NCBI RefSeq assembly: GCF_001194135.2
Contig: NC_068985.1
Location: forward strand, 23,286,839-23,350,838
Direction of reading: 5' to 3'
Length of the DNA: 64,000 nucleotides
DNA from: Octopus bimaculoides
Taxonomy: Eukaryota
Of this stretch, positions 27,211 to 40,308 are shown in pieces. Each line of letters starts with the position of its first letter. The first letter of the stretch is position 1. The translations under genes and the position numbers were made by a program. The notes beneath the pieces were generated by a model. The model worked only from the letters and a program-made list of their open reading frames with translations, ran no database searches and had not been told where the DNA came from.

Positions 27211-29875
27211 GTCCTCCAGACTGCTAGACTGCATACCATTTGGAGGTAAGCACAGAGAACATTGACTCTTCTGTTCTATCTGAAGCAGCCTTGCTCACAC
27301 CTTCTGTGGTCACTACTAGAACTGACAAACATATAGAGTGGACCATGGAGAAATTCCAACGTACACAAGTGTGATACTGTGCTTCAGAACTGAAACTCTG
27401 CAGCTCAGAGAGCAAGTTTGGTTCTTAGCTGAGTGAAGGCATGTTATATCTGAAGTACTGGATCTGTAGGTTACATTAGCTACCTGATGTACTACTACAT
27501 GCCAATCCCCTGCTCACTCAAGGCTGACTATAACTACAGCTATGACAACACTCGCTATAGTAATAAATTTATTTCATTTTTCCTTTATACAAAACAATTT
27601 CTATTACATTGGTTTCAGAGTATAATATCGTCAAAAGCAGGTGTAAATTTCTATCTTAATATGCATTTTATCTAGATTTTATGTAAACAATTAATATTCA
27701 AACCAAAATTGTGTTATTCACTTAGCCTAATTTATTTTCCCCTCAATAAACATTAGTAATCTGTTTAGTTATGTATATTGCTCTTCTGAATTTTAAAAAT
27801 TTCATTATTAGTAATATTTCCAAAGCAGGCATTTAATACTTACTCCGTCTACACAAACTCATAATTAGTTCTAGGTGATGTCAGGAACTGACTGGTTGAG
27901 CCTTTTATTCCCCCTTCTACTACTACTTGTCAGCCAACTCCAACTGGTACACTATGAGGTTTCAGAACTCCATAGTGTTTTCATATAGCTAAAGTGAGTT
28001 GATGAATTGCAAGTTCTGTCGACTGGCAGTAATCTGCTAACTGGATAGGTTGATCCTAGACTGACTGTTGGCTGAAGAAGCTTTTCCGCCCAGACTGTCA
28101 TGTAGTTTTGTTGAATGAAGATTAATATGCCAAACTTCACATCTCCCATGCTGTTCCGCATGACTTTGCTGTGACCCTGGTTTGGGGATTATACATCATG
28201 GAAGTTAACTATATATATATACACAATTGGATGGCTGTTGACTCAATTGAATTCATCCACCCTTTGATGGGTTTTGTTTTTCATTCCACTGGGTGTCCAA
28301 ATCACCCTCCTCACCAAACAAGCTTGCTAGTTTAGTTGCTGACAACCCAATCATGCAACAGGTGTGTGTACTGGTTACACGTTACCAGTAGCTTTACAGA
28401 GATTCATTTCTGTCATCGACTGACACCTTACATCACTGGATCTTTCTTTTTTGCTAGATGGAAGTGAGCTGAGCTGTTGCACTATGAAGCTTTGCCTTTC
28501 AACCATCTTATAATAATTCTGCTTGTCACTCTGTTACTTAGCTTGTCCATAATGCTTCCACGTGATTAGTTGAAGGGGGAGGGAGGGATGGGGGCGGTGA
28601 GAGGTGGAGGTGGTGGTAAGTGTAATATGTAATTTTTTTTTTGTTTTTGAATTAATTTTTTTTCATTCGTTACTTAGCCCATCTGTAATACTTTCAGGTG
28701 ATTAGTTGAAGGGAAGGTGAAGAGCGAAAGAAAGGGTAAGGCAAAGCGGGAGAGTGTGGTGTATTATTAAGTCTATAAAATTGTGCATAAAGTGTATATA
28801 TAAAGTGCATTAAGTAATCATAGTGTTCCAATTTCCTTCACTTTTCAGTGATAAGCAGATGAGCGACTATCTTTTGATACAGATACAACACAGGCTACGC
28901 TTTCAGGTTTTTTGAATAAAGTTATCAGAAGTAACCCATTAAGTTTACCATTAATTCCATGAAATATTCACAGGTCCCGCTAGTTCTTAATTATGCTGTT
29001 AACTTTCTACTGTACAATCTAGTTCACATTGTATTTCCAGTTCACTGATTGTCTGACTACTACAGAGATTACAGATGGTCTATTTATGCTTCATTTGCTC
29101 CTACTTTTATATATCAATTAAATTCTATTTCTTAAATGTTCTTCATATTTCAAGTGCTGCAAATTTGTTCAAAGTATTTTTTGCAATTTTTTTGTTTCTA
29201 AAATATTATTCATCGTAACAGGTCCACATTAGGAAATAATGGTTTTAAATTTTGGTACAAGGCCAGGAATGTTAGTGGGAAGCAAGTGGTCAATTACATT
29301 GATCCCAGTACGTGACTGATACTTTAATTAACTCTACTAGAATGAAAGACAAGCTAGATTCTGGAAGGATTTGAGCTCAGAATGTAGAGAGTGGGAAGAA
29401 ATGGTGTTAAGCATTTTGTCTGTTGTTCTAACAATTCTGCCAGCTTGTCTCCTTACATTAGGAAATAATGAGTTCTGTTTTCCCAGCTATATAGTTTAGG
29501 ATTTTTGTCCCACTGTGTGGCACCCTGGACAAGTGTCCACTACTGTATTCCTAGGTGACCAAAGCCTTGTGAGTGCATTTGGTAGATGGAAACTAAAACT
29601 AGCCTTATGTATGTGTATGTATAATGTGTGTGTGTCCTTGTCTTGTTATCGTGTGATTGCTGTAAATGTATGTTATTCATTTCCAGTATTCTACAAAAAC
29701 GTCTAACCATGGGGAAATATTGCTTTGCTTGGAAACTGGTATGGGTTGGCAACAGGAAGGGTGTCCGTCTGTAAAAAGTCTGCCTCAGTAAAATCCAAGC
29801 ATGGAAAAGTAAACATTAAAATGATAACAATATTGGAATAGAGTGTAGTTTTCATTGTCCCTAGTATACTGAACA

Positions 29876-30191
29876 GTGAAGGCACATGGCTTAGTGGTTA
29901 GGGCATTCGGCTCATGATTGTAAGGTCGTGAGTTCAGTTCCCGGCAACACATTGTGTCCTTGAGCAAGACACTTTATTTCACATTGCTCCAATCCACTCA
30001 GCTGGCAAAAATGAGTAGTACCTGTATTTCAAAGGGCCAGCCTTGTAACGCTGAGTCTCCCTGAGAGCTACGTTAGCGGTACACGTGTCTGTGGATTGCT
30101 CAGTCACTTGCAAGTTAATTTCATGAGCAGGCTGTTCCATTGATCGTATCAGCTGGGACCCTCATCATCGTAACCGATGGAGTGCTCCTAT
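29876..30191 (+). mobile_element. SINE with a different tRNA-like head sharing the family C 3' domain, with TSD
   Basis: Head ggcacatggcttagtggttagggcattcgg...gagttcagttccc and shared 3' module (ttaatttcatgagcaggctgttcc...). 14-bp TSD tagtatactgaaca at 29862-29875 and 30192-30205. Confidence 0.85.
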
Positions 30192-31387
30192 TAGTATACT
30201 GAACAACTAGCCAAATGGGTTTGTAGTTCAGATTCTGTCACCAGCATTGTCTTTGTGGCTGAGACAAATCTCCAAAGGTCCAGTTCACCTAAATAGTAAG
30301 TATGTATTATGGGATAGGAACAATTTGTTGCAAGTAGTGATTGCACTGTACTCTTATGCTGATTGGGTATAGGTCTTAGCTTTAATGGTTAAATGCTTTT
30401 ATTACAATAACCCCTGAAGAGGTAATTATAACTTATGTTTCAGTTAAATTAACTGAAGTAATGTTCTTTGTTGAATTAACTCACAAAATATTAGTCCCAG
30501 AATTTGAACCAGTAACTTACAAAGAAACCTATTTTTATCTGATATATTTTTAGAGTTTAAAGTAATGGTATTTAAACTGGATGGTATGCCACCATGGAGT
30601 TGTATTAAGGCTTCTGAGGTGTGAAATGAGAACACATGAATGATTGTAGTCTTGGGAAAATTTAATCTTAGTAAAGTTGGTGTAGGTGTAAACATAAATT
30701 GAAAACTAATGTAGCAGGTGTCCATATAGCAGGCTATGTTATATAAATATTTACACATGTGATTTCAGCAAAAACAAAATGCAAAATATTTCCAAAGTTA
30801 AGATATATTTATAAAGAAAATTAATGTGAAAGATGTATTTCTTGAAATTATATGTAAAATTGAAGGCATATTCATTTGTTGGTACTAAGGAAAATATAAG
30901 ACACATATTGCTAACTTTCAAACAAACATAAATTGTTTTTCAGATAAATTTCTGTGACTGATTTTTCTCCAGACACTAAAATATGAATCTTATGAGAAAG
31001 GGTGCACTGATTTTGGGTTCAGTCTCACTGTGTTGAATCTTGGCAATGTCTTTGGCTATTACTCCAAGCCAACCAGTTCCTTGTGAATGGAGGCTATAAC
31101 TCCAAGCCAACCAATTCTCTGTGAATGGAAACTGTGAGGAAGCCCATCATGTGTGTGTGTCTTTGTGTTTCTCTGCCACCTCCACTTGACAGCTGGTGTT
31201 GGTTTGTTTATGTCCCTATATCAATGGTTTAGCAAAAGAGACTGATAGAATGAGTACCAAACTTTAAAAAATAAGTACTGAGGCCAATTTGCTTGACTAA
31301 ACTCTTGAAGGTGATGCCTAGTATAGCTGCAGTCCGACTGAAACAAAGTAAACAGTAAAATATAAAAGAGTTTTAGAAGTATGCAAT

Positions 31388-31850
31388 TCATCATCATCAT
31401 CGTTTAATGTCCGCTTTCTATGCTAGCATGGGTTGGACGATTCGACTGAGGACTGGCGAACCAGATGGCTACACCAGGCTCCAATCTGATCTGGCAGAGT
31501 TTCTACAGTTGGATGCCCTTCCTAACGCCAACTACTCTGAGAGTGTAGTGGGTGCTTTTACGTGCCACCAGCACGAGGGCCAGTCAGGCGGTACTGGCAA
31601 TGGCCACGCTCAAAATGGTGTTTTTCACATGCCACCTGCGCAGGAACCTGTCCAGTGGCACTGGCAACAACCTCGCTTGAATGTCTTCATGTGCCACTGG
31701 CACAAGTGCCAGTAAAGCGACGCTGGTAATGATCACGCTCAAATGGTGCTATTTACGTGCCACTGGCATGGAAGCCAGACAGCTGCTCTGGCAATGATCA
31801 CGCTTGGACGGTGCTGTTAGCACTCCACTGGTACAGGTGCCAGTCATCGA
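31388..31850 (-). mobile_element. Family B element, long copy with internally repeated gtgccac modules
   Basis: Consensus match. Further copies lie at ~10000-10210(+), 15230-15470(+), 24920-25100(+), 34160-34400(-), 37564-37685(+), 53925-54107(+), 54830-55014(+), 56890-57105(+), 61026-61290(-) and 63659-64000(-). Confidence 0.85.
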
Positions 31851-33433
31851 ATTTAGTTCAATTACGATTTCAATTTCAATTATGAAAAGATATTTATATT
31901 TTTTAAACCATTCAATTTCAAATTTTTTTTTTTAAAGTTTTTTTTTCTAGGGAAATAATTCATTAATATGTTTTTTAAGTGTGATGTTTAAAAAGATGAA
32001 TTTTGAAATAGGTTTGGGTTTAATCAGTTTTGTGTGTGTGTTGTGAGCAAAATGGTTGGTAGTGTGTACCTTGTCATAACTACCACATTATATCCACTCT
32101 GGACAAATGAGTCCACCTTAAGTAGGCACTGCATAATGGATTTAGCTTTTTTCCCCTGCTTTCCTGGACTTGGGCAATAGGAAATCACTTTAATCATTAA
32201 CAGAACATCATTGATGCTCAAATGATCTATTGAGCTTCAGGAATAATGACTATCACCCCCACATAATAAATTATATTATTTAGGGTCTCAAGCAATTTTT
32301 CATACCTCTACAGAAGCTAGATGATCATTAAAAGATAATGAACCACTGATTTATGGAGTGAGTAAAGCAGTGTTACTAATTTGTTTATTTATGAGTAAAT
32401 GGGCAGTTTACAGTTCTTGCAAACAACCCAGTCTGGTGAGGTTTATGCTGTTGGTGTTCAGTTTGAACTTAAGTAAAGTAATGCTTGTTGGATGAAAAAT
32501 GTAGGCAAGGAAGTTATTTTAGACAGTTGCTGTTCTAGGGTAGAAAGATCAAAGTGTGTAGTCTGTGATCTGCTGAATGAAATGACTATCCTTTTTAAAT
32601 ATAACACATTGATTGTGCCCTGCCTTGTAGTTTGACTTGAGATGGGATACAGGGTAACAGTTAGAGTATGGAGGAATCATATTTGTTATCGAATTAGATT
32701 CGTATGATTGGAGATTTTGATTGAAGTTAGCGCAAAATAATGTCTAATTTCATAGAGATGACATGATTAGAATTAGTTGCCTTCAGCTATTTTGGCAGAT
32801 CTACACTGGATCTGTTAGTGAATATATGATGTGTTGTGTTTTAGAGTGATTCTAATGTGCCTAAGTAATTGATTGAGTTGTTTCTGTATTTGTGTTGGTT
32901 TAAATATTACAGTCTAGTCTTTGATTTTTAAAGTACTTTGTTTTATCATTGTTGATAATCAATGGATATGTTTACTTAGATAGCCTGTTATTGTAAGTGT
33001 TGATTTCACATTTTGTAAGTTATTTCTTTTTTATCCTATTTTGATTAGGTGAAAGACCCCCAGGTTGTATTAGGCTTAGCTCATGTTAGACATGCCATAT
33101 CACTTGTAAATTAAGTTCTGTTAGCAGTCAATGTCAAGAAAAGATCAGGTGGTTCTTTCTTTATTTGCATTTAATAGAAACATGGATTGAAGCGAGTGTT
33201 TGACAATGGATGTTGTTTCTGTCACAAATCATTACCGTAGTCATACTGATATAGATTTTTCTCTTGACAAAATGTGTTCTCTTAGAACATTAGACAACAC
33301 AAAACAATGGTTGTTGTAGGTATTGAACTTGTGATATTAAAAAAAAAAAAGAGCATTCAAGAATTAAAAGGAATATGCTTTACACTCTATGTTCTGTGCC
33401 TTACAGCTCCTGTCATAAGCATTATAAGTTTGT

Positions 33434-33812
33434 TGTTGGCACTCCGTTGCTTACGACATCGAGGGTTCCAGTTAATCCGATCAACGGAACAGCCTGCTCG
33501 TGAAATTAACGTGCAAATGGCTGAGCACTCCACAGACACGTGTACCCTTAACGAGTTCTCAGGGATATTCAGCGTGACAGTGTGACAAGGTTGGCCCGTT
33601 GAAAAACAGGCACAACAGAAGCAGAAAGTAAGAGTGAGAGAAAGTTGTGGTGAAACAGTACAGCAGGGTTTGCCACCATCCCCTGCCGGAGCCTTGTGGA
33701 GCTTTAGGTGTTTTCGCTCAATAAACACTAACAATGCCTGGTCTGGGAATCGAAACCGCGATCCTATTATCGCGAGTCTGCTGCCCTAACCACTCAGCCA
33801 TTGCGCCTCCAC
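33434..33812 (-). mobile_element. SINE family C, full length with TSD
   Basis: Highly similar to the 15974-16358 copy. 11-bp TSD tataagtttgt at 33423-33433 and 33813-33823. Confidence 0.9.
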
Positions 33813-34658
33813 TATAAGTTTGTACTAATGATCTATAATGGATATAAGTATGGGTGAATGGTTTAGGAGTATACTTTTTCAATCATGAGGTCCTGGTTTC
33901 AATTCCACTGCATGGCATCTTGGGCAATACCTAATCTTATATTATTTTGAGAAAAATTGGGCAATGAAAACTGTTTGGCAGCTTCCTGGGTGGATTATAC
34001 CTGTAATTTACATGCTGTCATGCTGATTCTGCTTGAGACTTATCTTATGAATGCATGTGGGATAATACTGTGCTATAGATACATTAATTCAATGAATAGT
34101 CTGTTCTGTTAATCAAACAGTTGCGATATTCATTTTTGAAACCAACAGAAATCCATGCATAATAATAATCATCATCATGTAACACGTTTTCCATGCTGGC
34201 GTGGATTGGACGGTTTGACCTGAGCTGGTAAGCAGGAGAGCTGCACCAGATTTCAGTCTGATTTGGTTTGCGGTTCTATGACTGGATGCCCTTTCTTAAT
34301 GCCAACCATTTTACAATGTGCTGGGTGCTATTGTGGCACCAACACAGGAGCTTTTTACATGGCACCAGCATAAGGCTCTTGCAGGCCAATCCTCTTTGGC
34401 AGGGGGAGCAGCATTAGCAATTCTGCTGTGGAGGATGGGTCTTCTTGAGTACAGCAAGGTGTCAGACATCTCATTTCTATGTTAATTTATTTGTTTTGTG
34501 CACATTAGTTCAGCATCATGTGGTTTTGGGTTCAATCCCTAGCACCTTGGGCAATGCCTTCTACTATAGCCCCAGGCCGATCAATGCCATTAACAGATTT
34601 GATAAAAGAAAACTATGTTGAAGCCTCTCTCTGTGTGTGTGTATATATGATGATGGTG

Positions 34659-34693
<35 letters not shown>

Positions 34694-34695
34694 TG

Positions 34696-35047
34696 TGGAG
34701 GTGCAGTGGCCCACTGGTTACGGCAGTGGACTCGCGGTCGTAGGATCATAGTTTCGCTTCCCAGGCCAAGTGTTGTGAGTGTTTGAGTGTAAACACCTAA
34801 AGCTCCGCAAAGCTCTGGCAGGGGTGGGGATGGGGTGGCAAACCCTGCTGTACTCTTTCACTACAACTTTCTCTCGCTCTTTCTTCCTGTTTCTGTTGCA
34901 CATGTGTCATGCTGAATCTCCCTGAGAACTACGTTAAGGGTACATGTGTCTGTGGAGTGCTGAGCCACTTGCATGTTAATTTCACAAGCAGGCTGTTCTG
35001 TTGATCAGATCAACTGGAACCCTCGTCGTTGTAACTGACGGAGTGCC
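34696..35047 (+). mobile_element. SINE family C, sense
   Basis: Reverse complement of the 33434-33812 copy, somewhat diverged. Confidence 0.88.
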
Positions 35048-36766
35048 ATGACATAAATAAATATGTATGTTTGTGTGTGCCCCCCCCCCTGCACATAACA
35101 ACTACTGTTGGTTTCTTTGTGTCACCATAACTAAGCGGTTTGGCAAAGGAAACTAAAAACTGATAGAATAAGTACCAGACTTTAAAAAAATAAAAAAAGT
35201 ACTGGGATCGATTCATTTGACTAAAAACCAACCCCTAGCATGTCCACAGTTCAATGATGACTGAAACAAAAGAAATGGAAAATATGCATATTAACTTTCC
35301 ATTTTTGTGCTTATTGACGAAAGAATATTTCTGAACACCTAAAAATTGTGGGAGAGAAAATGCTCCCTTAGTTATGTGAATATCACTATTTCCAACTGGT
35401 TCCTATACTGCAGGTGACTGTTTGACCAGGTAACTAATAAATATTCTATTACACTGCAGTGGGCTGTGTTTAGTAGAACCCCTGAGATTTTTTAACAGAA
35501 GCTCCTCATTTGATGAACACTTTTTTAGTGTGCCAGTTGACATATCTTCTGGTTTTATATTTTGTTTTATTAGTGACATACTTTTTTTTATTATTCCTGG
35601 CTGTTTTCATTATCATCATTACGTCCACTTTTCTATGCTCACATGGGTTTGATGGAATTTGTTGAGGTGGATTTCCTATGGCCTGGTGCTCTTCTTGTCA
35701 CATGTTTCTAAGTAAGGTAATATTTCCCCATGACTAGAAGATTAGGAATAAAGGACTCTGCTTGTATGACAGTAACATTCATAACTATCAAGGAGACAAA
35801 CACCACACACACACACACTTCTTTCAGTTTTTGTCTACTAAATCCACTTAAGACTTTGGTTGGCCTGAGGCTATAGTAAAAGACATTTGCCCAAGGTGCC
35901 ATGCAGTGGGAGTGAACCCGAAATCATATGATTGACAAGTAGACTTCCTACCACACAGTCATGCCTGCACCTATGCAAATATTCTTTAGGGAACTAAGTA
36001 TCTTTTCTAGAACTGAGTCAATATCAGACCCGATGTTTCCAAAGACACAGAATCCTTTACAAAATATTTAATGTTTCGAAACACTGCAACCAAGAAACCC
36101 ATTTGTGTTGAATAGAAGTTGTAGAGGGCCTACAGCAATATTTTGTGGGTACTGCTAACATTAGCTTCCTTATTATGTTGTTTACCTACTTAATAAAATG
36201 TCTTACATCACTGAGAAATTTTGAATTGTGATTTAGAAGAACTCTTTTTTTTTTTTGTGAAACTGTGTTGGTTACTTCAGATTAAATTGACTTTTACAAT
36301 CACTTTGTTACTGTGGTCCATGTTTCAACAAGAAACCAGACCATTTCTGTTAACATTTTACCAAATCCATGGATTTTTTAACTATAAGTTTGTTTCCACT
36401 GTTTCACTTTTATTTTTTTAATGTAATCACAAATTTGCCATTTGAGATATTGACTTCAACTGAGTAGTCTGTTTGGATTTTGCCTATTGCTCCAGAATGG
36501 TTTTGATTTCTCTTGTTTTTAATGTCAGAGAAGAATTGCTTTTTATTTTTTGTTTGTTTCTTGTTTTGATAAAATGCTCATAAATCCACCAAAAATTACA
36601 CCTTCAGTATATAGAAGCATCTTCTATTACAACCTTGTGTCTACTCAGTTCTCAACTAATCAATATTTGCATTCTCTTGTTTAAAACATTAAGTGATTGA
36701 GGAGTACATTGTCAGATATGGAATCATCTCCTAATATAATAATGAGAGTAGTGTTTTTATATATTC

Positions 36767-36802
<36 letters not shown>

Positions 36803-37948
36803 NNNNNNNNNNNNNNNNNNNNNNNNNNNNNNNNNNNNNNNNNNNNNNNNNNNNNNNNNNNNNNNNNNNNNNNNNNNNNNNNNNNNNNNNNNNNNNNNNN
36901 NNNNNNNNNNNNNNNNNNNNNNNNNNNNNNNNNNNNNNNNNNNNNNNNNNNNNNNNNNNNNNNNNNNNNNNNNNNNNNNNNNNNNNNNNNNNNNNNNNNN
37001 NNNNNNNNNNNNNNNNNNNNNNNNNNNNNNNNNNNNNNNNNNNNNNNNNNNNNNNNNNNNNNNNNNNNNNNNNNNNNNNNNNNNNNNNNNNNNNNNNNNN
37101 NNNNNNNNNNNNNNNNNNNNNNNNNNNNNNNNNNNNNNNNNNNNNNNNNNNNNNNNNNNNNNNNNNNNNNNNNNNNNNNNNNNNNNNNNNNNNNNNNNNN
37201 NNNNNNNNNNNNNNNNNNNNNNNNNNNNNNNNNNNNNNNNNNNNNNNNNNNNNNNNNNNNNNNNNNNNNNNNNNNNNNNNNNNNNNNNNNNNNNNNNNNN
37301 NNNNNNNNNNNNNNNNNNNNNNNNNNNNNNNNNNNNNNNNNNNNNNNNNNNNNNNNNNNNNNNNNNNNNNNNNNNNNNNNNNNNNNNNNNNNNNNNNNNN
37401 NNNNNNNNNNNNNNNNNNNNNNNNNNNNNNNNNNNNNNNNNNNNNNNNNNNNNNNNNNNNNNNNNNNNNNNNNNNNNNNNNNNNNNNNNNNNNNNNNNNN
37501 NNNNNNNNNNNNNNNNNNNNNNNNNNNNNNNNNNNNNNNNNNNNNNNNNNNNNNNNNNNNNNNAACTCTGCCAAATCAGATTGGAGCCTGGTGTAGCCAT
37601 CTGGTTTCACCAGTCCTCGGTCAAATCGTCCAACCCATGCTAGCATGGAAAGCGGATGTTAAACGACGATGATGATGATGATGATATATATATATATATA
37701 TATCCAAGAAAGTTAGGGGTTGTGAATCCAACCCACTAAGGGATAATATCTATCCAATATACTGCCGGAAGAATACCCAATTATTATTACACTAGAGTTT
37801 TTCCTTCGTATTACCAAGTGCAATAAATGGGTGCGGGTAAAAGGATATTTTACCCTTAATTTATGTAGCAATAAGAAAATGGAGGGGAATAGGTGGTATT
37901 TATCAACTTGCAGACATTGTATTGTGTCAATTTACTTGTTTATTTGTT

Positions 37949-38171
37949 AACTAAGAGGAAATTATAACAACAATAAGTTGCTCTAAAGTAGAGAGCAATG
38001 CCCATATGTGTCAGAAAGATCCATGGATCTCTTCCGTCCTTGTCAAGGGGAGTGCTAACCATAGCACTCCCCTTGACAAGGACAGAAGAGATCAATGGAT
38101 CTTTCTGACACATATGGGCATTGCTCTCTACTTTAGAGCAACCTATTTTTGTTATTATTGTCCTCTTAGTT
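37949..38171. repeat. Long near-perfect inverted repeat (fold-back)
   Basis: Arms 37977-38057 and 38062-38142 (81 bp, 2 mismatches) with a 4-nt loop ACCA. Imperfect pairing extends to ~37949/38171. Confidence 0.97.
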
Positions 38172-38540
38172 TTTTAACTGTATTTATTTCCATATACAAC
38201 ATTATAAGCAACAAACTTTTGTCAGGATATTGCATAGGAAGAGTATGTAGAAAATCGTAGTAAGTATATTTAGGTATTAGTGTAGTGGTTTAATCATTAT
38301 TTTAGGTTAGCAAAATATTGCATCAGAAATCAAACAACATTTTTTGCTAGACATCACAAGCTTGGTAGATATCAAATTTTGTTCGGGGGCCGAGGGCTGA
38401 ATAATTTTTCCTGGAAGGCTAGACCAGGGCTAGAGGCTTTAAATTGCTGACTGTTGGTTCATATGACAGATATAGTTTGTAAAGACATTAACCTTATTAT
38501 AGGTTTCAGCTTTATGAATATATTAAATATGGTAACAATC

Positions 38541-39295
38541 ATCATCGTCATCATCATGTGTTTTAAATCTGGGTTTTGTCCCCATTAATGGGGGTGCCCG
38601 GATCTACCTCATTGCCATAGCAACTGCCCTCGCACCATCTCGCCATCTTGCCCGGTTTTGGGCATCCTCCTTTTTCAAACCAACCCACCCAATCTCCTCC
38701 TCCACCTGTCCCCTCCACCTGTCCCCTCCACCTGTCCCCTCCACCTGTCCCCTCCACCTTTTCCTCAGTCTACCTCGCTTTCGCATTCCATTTACCTCAA
38801 ATGCAATCACCCTCCTCAGAACATGCCCATGCCAACCATTCTATCGATTCCTCCAACCCCAGCATTCCCATCAAATCCTCAGTCCTCCTCTTATCAAACA
38901 GCTTCACCCCACACATTTCTCTCACCATTGCTCTCTCAGTCCTCAAAATTACCATCTCTCTCTCTCTCTCTCTCTCTCTCGCTCTCTCTCTCATACAGCA
39001 TTGCAGCTCTCACTTAACTCTTATAGACCCTTCCTTTCATCTTTAATGAGAACCTTTTCTCATATAACAGTGCTCCACATTCCCTGAACTTCACCCAGCC
39101 AAGTCTCGCTCTTGCTGTCACCACTGATTCACATCCACCCTATCCCTCAAATAACAAAACCCTGTCCCTGTTTCCACCTCGTCACACAGTGTTTCCACTG
39201 GTTCCGCCAGCCCTCCAGCTCCTTTCTCACATCTTCCACAAACAAACCATCTCGCCAGTCTTGGGGTCAACCTTCATTTTCGTACATCTACCATG
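38541..39295 (-). mobile_element. RTE-type LINE 3' fragment with (GAT)n tail, internal 13-bp VNTR and (GA)n expansion
   Basis: MVREMCGVKLFDKRRTEDLMGMLGL, AFEVNGMRKRGRLRKRW and EDAQNRARWRDG. Tail (cat)n at 38541-38558. Confidence 0.8.
38702..38760 (+). repeat. 13-bp minisatellite (ccacctgtcccct), 4 full copies plus a partial
   Basis: Read directly from the sequence. Confidence 0.95.
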
Positions 39296-40020
39296 CTAAT
39301 CTTATAATTTATCCTTATATTAAGTTTAAATTGATGTTTAGATAAAGAATACAGTCTTTATAGTAAACATTTTAATGTTATACATAACCTATTATCTAGT
39401 ATAAAAAGACTTCAAAATGGCTCTATTTTTCAAGTAAAGGGTTATTTATTCCATGAGGCTTCAAAAGAAAGAAGTGCTCAGATGATTTGTTGATAGGAGA
39501 AACTAAAGAACACTGCCTTACTGCACTCTTGTACAAGTGATTGCAGATATACGCATGCACTCACACGCACACATACACACACACACACACACACGCACTT
39601 CTTTCGGTTTCTTACTACCAAATTCACTTAGAAAGCTTTAGTTGGCTCAGGGCTACAACAGCACTTGCTCAAGGTGCTTTGCAGTGAGACTGAATCTGAA
39701 ACTGTGTGGTTAGGATGTGAACTTTTCAAATATACAGTCATGTACTATTCCGTGTTATGTTACATATCTTTACCTAAACTATTTCTATGGTGTAGGTAGT
39801 GTAACTATTTCTATGGTGTAAGATATGAAAATTTGTTTATATGGAATTACAGTAGCTATTGTTTGTTCAATAGTTTATTTATTTTTTACCACTTCAGAAG
39901 TTAACTAACATTAAAGTAAAACCTGTTTTTCTCCTAAAGCTTTTGTAACTATTACTTCTTTCTTGTAAGTTAAAAATATTCTATAAAATTATCAAATTCA
40001 CCAAGAATATCAAAATGATA

Positions 40021-40238
40021 TTATTCTTTTATTTGGTTTCAGTCATTTCGACTGCAGCCATGCTGGAGCACTGCCTTTAGTCGAACAAATCATCCCCAGG
40101 ACTTATTCTTCGTAAGCCTAGTACTTATTCTATCAGTCTCTTTTGCCAAACCACTGTTATATAGACGTAAACGCATCAACATTGGTTGTCAGGCGATAGT
40201 GGGGGGACTAACACATGCATAAATACATACATATATAC

Positions 40239-40308
<70 letters not shown>

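Larger units (their letters stand above)
3354..37563. other. Assembly gaps: 3354-3622, 8541-9071, 14293-14656, 22845-22854, 26361-26971, 36803-37563
   Basis: N runs, mostly abutting (AT)n or SINE sequence, typical of a short-read scaffold. Confidence 1.

Noticed and set aside
27222-27247. 26-nt cryptic exon candidate ending at GAG|gtaagc
   Set aside because: Poor polypyrimidine tract. Such motifs are expected by chance in a 34-kb intron.
31550-31830. Regularly recurring gtgccac motifs resembling a repeat-spacer array
   Set aside because: These are internal modules of the family B retroelement. The intervening sequences recur in other copies and the context is eukaryotic, so this is not CRISPR.
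29880-34770. tRNA-like sequences (e.g. 29881-29945, 34696-34770, 16285-16355)
   Set aside because: They are SINE heads continuing into repeat bodies with TSDs, with no complete cloverleaf evident.
3169-37646. Long ORFs containing X runs and YIYI/THTH/VCVC tracts
   Set aside because: They are translations of N gaps and (AT)n/(CA)n microsatellites.
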